Positions 60,112 to 64,000 of a DNA stretch of 64,000 nucleotides are shown here, piece after piece. Under the pieces are notes generated by a model. The model searched no databases. It was not told where the DNA came from and saw nothing but the letters and a program-made list of their open reading frames with translations. Each line of letters begins with the position of its first letter. The first letter of the stretch is position 1. Source of the DNA: a virus (taxonomy: Duplodnaviria; Caudoviricetes); the IMG/VR virus record IMGVR_UViG_3300032219_002522, positions 1-64,000 of that record, one strand, 5' to 3'. The position numbers and the translations under genes are program-made.

Positions 60112-60603
60112 ATGAAAGTTCTAGTATTAAATAACGACTTTACGCCAGTGAGTGTTACCAATATAGCTCGGGGATTCAAACTTGTATATAAAGGTAAAGC
60201 CGAAGTATTAGAACATGACGAATCTAATCCTATTGTTACAGATCAACAAGTTTATAAAAGACCATCAGTTATAAGGCTTTTAAAGTATGTTGTTCTTCCA
60301 TTTAAGAAGCTAAAACCCACTAGGGAGAACATATTTAAGAGAGACGAATTAAAGTGCTTATATTGTGATGCTACAAAGCAGCTTACAATAGATCACGTAA
60401 TCCCTAGATCTAGAGGAGGTATTAATACATGGGAGAATCTAGCAACTTGCTGTTCTAGATGCAACGGTAAGAAAGGAGATAGAACTCCAGAAGAAGCAGG
60501 AATGAAGATGCGTCACAAACCATTTAAACCTGGATATGGATATTTTATCCGGAATTTTTCTAAAGGAATGGATGTTTGGACATCATATCTTCCAGAATAT
60601 TAA
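60112..60603 (+). CDS. HNH endonuclease (McrA/HNH_5-like) at the end of the tRNA array
   Basis: VLVLN..F.P, PSVIRL, R.NIF.RD...C.YC, LTIDHVIPRSRGG..TWENL..CC..CN..KG.RTP.EA.M; start refined to 60112. Confidence 0.92.
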   Translation: MKVLVLNNDFTPVSVTNIARGFKLVYKGKAEVLEHDESNPIVTDQQVYKRPSVIRLLKYVVLPFKKLKPTRENIFKRDELKCLYCDATKQLTIDHVIPRSRGGINTWENLATCCSRCNGKKGDRTPEEAGMKMRHKPFKPGYGYFIRNFSKGMDVWTSYLPEY

Positions 60604-60606
60604 TAT

Positions 60607-62253
60607 CTATAGAAGAACTCTTTCAGCATATTCCATAACTGCAGGATGTGTGTCTACTAAATGTTTAACAAGTGCAATAGTATTAGGATCCTCAGAATTT
60701 TGTGTTTGTTCTAGGAAAGATCCTAACATTTCCACTCCATCTTTTGTTAGACCTAATATATTTATAACATCGTTTTTGTCGTATTTATTGTCGCTAAGTT
60801 CTTTAAATAGATCAATATCCTCTAAGCTGAAGAATCCTCCATTCTTCTCAGAGTTAAATGCCTTAACAATTTCATTATATGTTATGGAATTGTCTTTTTT
60901 AATTATAGATACTATAATGTTTTTAAAAGCGTCCATCTCTTCTTTGGAATATTCTCCCTCTTCTATAGATCTTTGAACTCCTAAACTTCCTAGAGCATGT
61001 ATTAAAGCTATATTATTTTTACCTGTTTTTTGTTCTATCGATTGAATAATTTTTTTGATTATCAATTCACTTTCAAAATTTTTAGCTATAGATTCCTCTA
61101 TTTCAGGAGAATAGATTCCGTATTTTTTCATGAAATCTACATAATTTTGATTACCGCTTGAAACGCTACTGTTGCTTCTGTTAGCAGAACTAGTAATTCT
61201 TCCGCTAGGATCTATAGTAAGAGATGTTAGGAATTTATTATCAGTCTTAGGAAGATCTAATAGATTTATAGATATTTGTAGTCTTCCAGTTGTATAGGTC
61301 CAGAATGTTGAATCAGTTCTTATACAATATGGTGCATTTGATACTTTACAAACCGCTCTCATACCTTCCGCTGATCTAGCAGATGTTACCACTATCTTTT
61401 TAGCAATATTATAGTATAGTATTTTTATTGATGGAGATATAGACTTTAAAAGCTCTATAAATTCACCTATTCCTGATCCCCACCCAGATACTTTATCTTC
61501 GCAGTCCCTAACAAAATCTTTAAATGCCACGTAAGTATCTGCAAATTCAGGATAAGTCCTTGTGTCTTTATATTTACTTCCATAATTAATTAGCTGCTCC
61601 TCTGCGGTTTCCTCTATATTAGTTTCAGGATCTACAATAGGCTTTAATTTTTTTATGTCGGTTACTGCGTGATATAGTCTATCTAAAAGTTCAGCCCTTT
61701 CAGGATCAGTATTTTTTAGTTTAAGAGATTCTGCAAATTCTCTTCTTATTGGTCCTACGAAATTATCTATAAATTCCTTTATAGGCTTTTGTGCTTCTAC
61801 ATTCTCTAGATCATCCCATAGTTTTTCATAAGCTCTTTCACCCTGTGGTGTTCTTTTTATATAATTATCAATGTTACCAAAAGGAAGAGGAAACGTAGAA
61901 AGCATCGGAGACATTTGCTCATATTTTCTATAAAGGTTCTCTACTGAAAAAGAATTAGGATCGTTATCTCCATTGGACATTGGTAATTTCTCTACTATAC
62001 GAAAATACGTAAAAGGATACACCAAACCTGGTTTTTTAACTTTATTTAAAAAGTAATCTCTTACTTCTATGTAATCTGGATTGCTTAATATTTTTTTCTC
62101 TTCCTCTGGAGTAAATTCTATCTTCTCCATAGGATCTAATTTAAGCCTCCTTTTTTTATCGTCTGCTGCTAATTTTAATAAAAGAGCCTTAGCGGGAGCC
62201 ACATTTTCATTGATTGGATAAAATTGGTCGAATGATTTTAAATTTCTATTCAT
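60607..62253 (-). CDS. Large hypothetical protein, tandem paralog B
   Basis: Colinear with 62266-63933 (INENV..AK.LLLKLA, FTPEEEKKILSNPDY, VKKPGLVYPFTYF, EYAER.LL). Confidence 0.75.
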   Translation of the reverse strand: MNRNLKSFDQFYPINENVAPAKALLLKLAADDKKRRLKLDPMEKIEFTPEEEKKILSNPDYIEVRDYFLNKVKKPGLVYPFTYFRIVEKLPMSNGDNDPNSFSVENLYRKYEQMSPMLSTFPLPFGNIDNYIKRTPQGERAYEKLWDDLENVEAQKPIKEFIDNFVGPIRREFAESLKLKNTDPERAELLDRLYHAVTDIKKLKPIVDPETNIEETAEEQLINYGSKYKDTRTYPEFADTYVAFKDFVRDCEDKVSGWGSGIGEFIELLKSISPSIKILYYNIAKKIVVTSARSAEGMRAVCKVSNAPYCIRTDSTFWTYTTGRLQISINLLDLPKTDNKFLTSLTIDPSGRITSSANRSNSSVSSGNQNYVDFMKKYGIYSPEIEESIAKNFESELIIKKIIQSIEQKTGKNNIALIHALGSLGVQRSIEEGEYSKEEMDAFKNIIVSIIKKDNSITYNEIVKAFNSEKNGGFFSLEDIDLFKELSDNKYDKNDVINILGLTKDGVEMLGSFLEQTQNSEDPNTIALVKHLVDTHPAVMEYAERVLL

Positions 62254-62265
62254 GGTTTTTTTTAT

Positions 62266-63933
62266 TTATAATAGGATTCTTTCAGCATATTCAATCACCT
62301 CAGGACCTGAATCTATTAGATGTTTAACTAGAGTAATTGTATTAGAATCTTCTGTAGATCCAACTTGATTTAGAAAATCTGTAAGATCATCTATTCCGAG
62401 TTTTGTAAGATTTATTATATCTAAAGCATCCTCTTTTTTATAATTTCCCTCAGTTATAATTTTAAAAAGATCTATATCTGACTTAGACATAAATAATCCC
62501 CCTGGAGATTTGAAATCTGATATTATAGAATCATAGCTTATTTTATTATCTTTTTTAAGAATAGCTACTATAAGATCTCTGTACTGAAGCATTTCTTCTC
62601 TGGTATAATCACCTTTTTCTATAGACTTTTGTACTTCTAAACTTCCTAATAATAGAACAAGTGACTTCGAATCCGAAGAACTAGCTTTTTGCTCTAAGGT
62701 CTGTATCAAATTTTTAATAGTTAATTCAGATCTAAAGCTTCTTTCTATAGATTGTATTACTCCTGCATGATCTATTTCAGGTAAATATCTACTTATAAAA
62801 TCCTTATAGTTTTCATTAGGTTTAGAAGGTTGAGGAGCTCCCATATTAACCCTAGTTCTAGCTTCTTTTATTGTTCCATCTTTTCTTACTGTAAATGTAG
62901 TCAGATATTTAAGATCCAATTTTGTAAGATCCATCATATTGATAGATATCTGTAGGCATCCTCCAGTTATACTAAAGAAATTTCCTTTGCTTGCTATACA
63001 TAAATCAGCATTAGATACCTTACAAACCTCTTTTATGCCTTCAAATGATCTGGAAGAAGTTACAACAACCTTCGTTGCGTTATCACTATATAATAATTTT
63101 ATAGACGGAGCTATATTTTCAATCTCTATAAGAAATTCCTCTATTCCAGATTCCCATCCCTCTAGCTTTTCTACACAATCGTTAACAAACAACACAAATC
63201 TTTGTCTTGGATTTTCAAATTTATAATTATTATAAAGATCTAAATATTTTTTAGAACCAGCTATTAATGTGGATTCTGGCGTATGAGATTTACCTGCTGA
63301 ATCTATTTTTGGTGATAGATTTTTAAAAGCAGTATAAGAGGAATATAATTTGTCAAGTAATTCTTTACTTTCGGGATCCTTATCTCTTAGCTGTACAGAT
63401 TTTTTAAATTCGTCCCTAACATCTTTGGATTGTATTTTATCAACAAATCCTTTTAATCCCTTCATAGAAATGATATTTTCTAAATCGCTAAAAAGGACCT
63501 CATAAGCAGGAATAGTTGATTTTTTTAATTCTTTATCCTTAATATAATTGTCTATATTTCCTAGAGGTAAAGGAAATATTGGAAAGTTAGGGGCTGCTTG
63601 TAAATATAGATTTATTAGATTTTCAACACAGAACTCTCTTTCGTCATAATTGCCCTCCGAATCCTTCTGACTATATCTTGGGAGCTTCTCAACAAACATA
63701 AAATAAGTAAAGGGATATACTAATCCTGGCTTCTTTACTACGTTTAATAAATAGTCTCGAAGCTCTGTATAATCAGGATTGCTTAATATTTTTTTCTCCT
63801 CTTCTGGTGTAAATTTTACATTCCCTTCTGGAGAGGACCTTCTACTCTTTTTTGATGCTAGTTTTAATAACAATTCCTTTGCTGCAGTAACGTTCTCATT
63901 GATATTAGAATATCCTTCAAATGTCTTTATCAT
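62266..63933 (-). CDS. Large hypothetical protein, tandem paralog A
   Basis: MIKTFEGY..INE motif; GATATATA on the minus strand at 63952-63959. Confidence 0.75.
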   Translation of the reverse strand: MIKTFEGYSNINENVTAAKELLLKLASKKSRRSSPEGNVKFTPEEEKKILSNPDYTELRDYLLNVVKKPGLVYPFTYFMFVEKLPRYSQKDSEGNYDEREFCVENLINLYLQAAPNFPIFPLPLGNIDNYIKDKELKKSTIPAYEVLFSDLENIISMKGLKGFVDKIQSKDVRDEFKKSVQLRDKDPESKELLDKLYSSYTAFKNLSPKIDSAGKSHTPESTLIAGSKKYLDLYNNYKFENPRQRFVLFVNDCVEKLEGWESGIEEFLIEIENIAPSIKLLYSDNATKVVVTSSRSFEGIKEVCKVSNADLCIASKGNFFSITGGCLQISINMMDLTKLDLKYLTTFTVRKDGTIKEARTRVNMGAPQPSKPNENYKDFISRYLPEIDHAGVIQSIERSFRSELTIKNLIQTLEQKASSSDSKSLVLLLGSLEVQKSIEKGDYTREEMLQYRDLIVAILKKDNKISYDSIISDFKSPGGLFMSKSDIDLFKIITEGNYKKEDALDIINLTKLGIDDLTDFLNQVGSTEDSNTITLVKHLIDSGPEVIEYAERILL

Positions 63934-64000
63934 TTTTTTTATTTAATAAGATATATATCTAAAATAATTTACATAAAGATGGGTAGAAATATAATAACTA

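Noticed and set aside
1154-63226. Many 60-160 aa ORFs antisense to or nested in longer genes (e.g. 1154-1336, 2385-2744, 23399-23878, 60536-60976, 62939-63226)
   Set aside because: Shadow frames with no motifs or promoter elements.
1-64000. Stop-codon reassignment as seen in some Bacteroidota phages
   Set aside because: Known genes are full length in the standard code and end at TAA, TAG and TGA; no suppressor tRNA is present.

Overview
AT-rich 64 kb segment of a jumbo or huge phage, most likely infecting a Bacteroidota host. This is inferred from host-type TAnnTTTG promoters, Bacteroidota-like sigma70 genes, dense short hypothetical genes, and T4-like Dda helicase, ThyA, endolysin and HNH genes. 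The genetic code is standard. Accessory genes include two sigma70 factors, a SpeD plus deoxyhypusine-synthase-family polyamine pair, a PAS-PAS histidine kinase/receiver operon, ClpP, a rhomboid protease, glycosyltransferases, three metallophosphoesterases, a Ro60/TROVE protein and two tRNA arrays. About 20 genes share an N-terminal MKHIKxFExF-like peptide. Main hit: each tRNA array is preceded by a short leader ORF missing from the ORF track (53483-53557 and 59168-59275). Each leader's codons match the isoacceptors of its own downstream array, and its last codons form an antiterminator that competes with an intrinsic terminator just before the first tRNA. This is the layout of a ribosome-stalling attenuator that would switch on phage tRNA synthesis when those tRNAs are depleted. 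Second hit: three Y-RNA-like hairpins with a conserved YGAAGCGG..TACTTCAAA..TTCTC motif lie upstream of the Ro60 gene. Other observations are three promoter classes, a boxA-like element before all three ncRNA operons, a chimeric tRNA-Phe deletion scar, tRNA-Ile(UAU) beside Ile2(CAU), a tRNA-like RNA with an extra D-loop hairpin, and a truncated RNA-ligase remnant. All calls were made by eye; no searches or folding programs were run.
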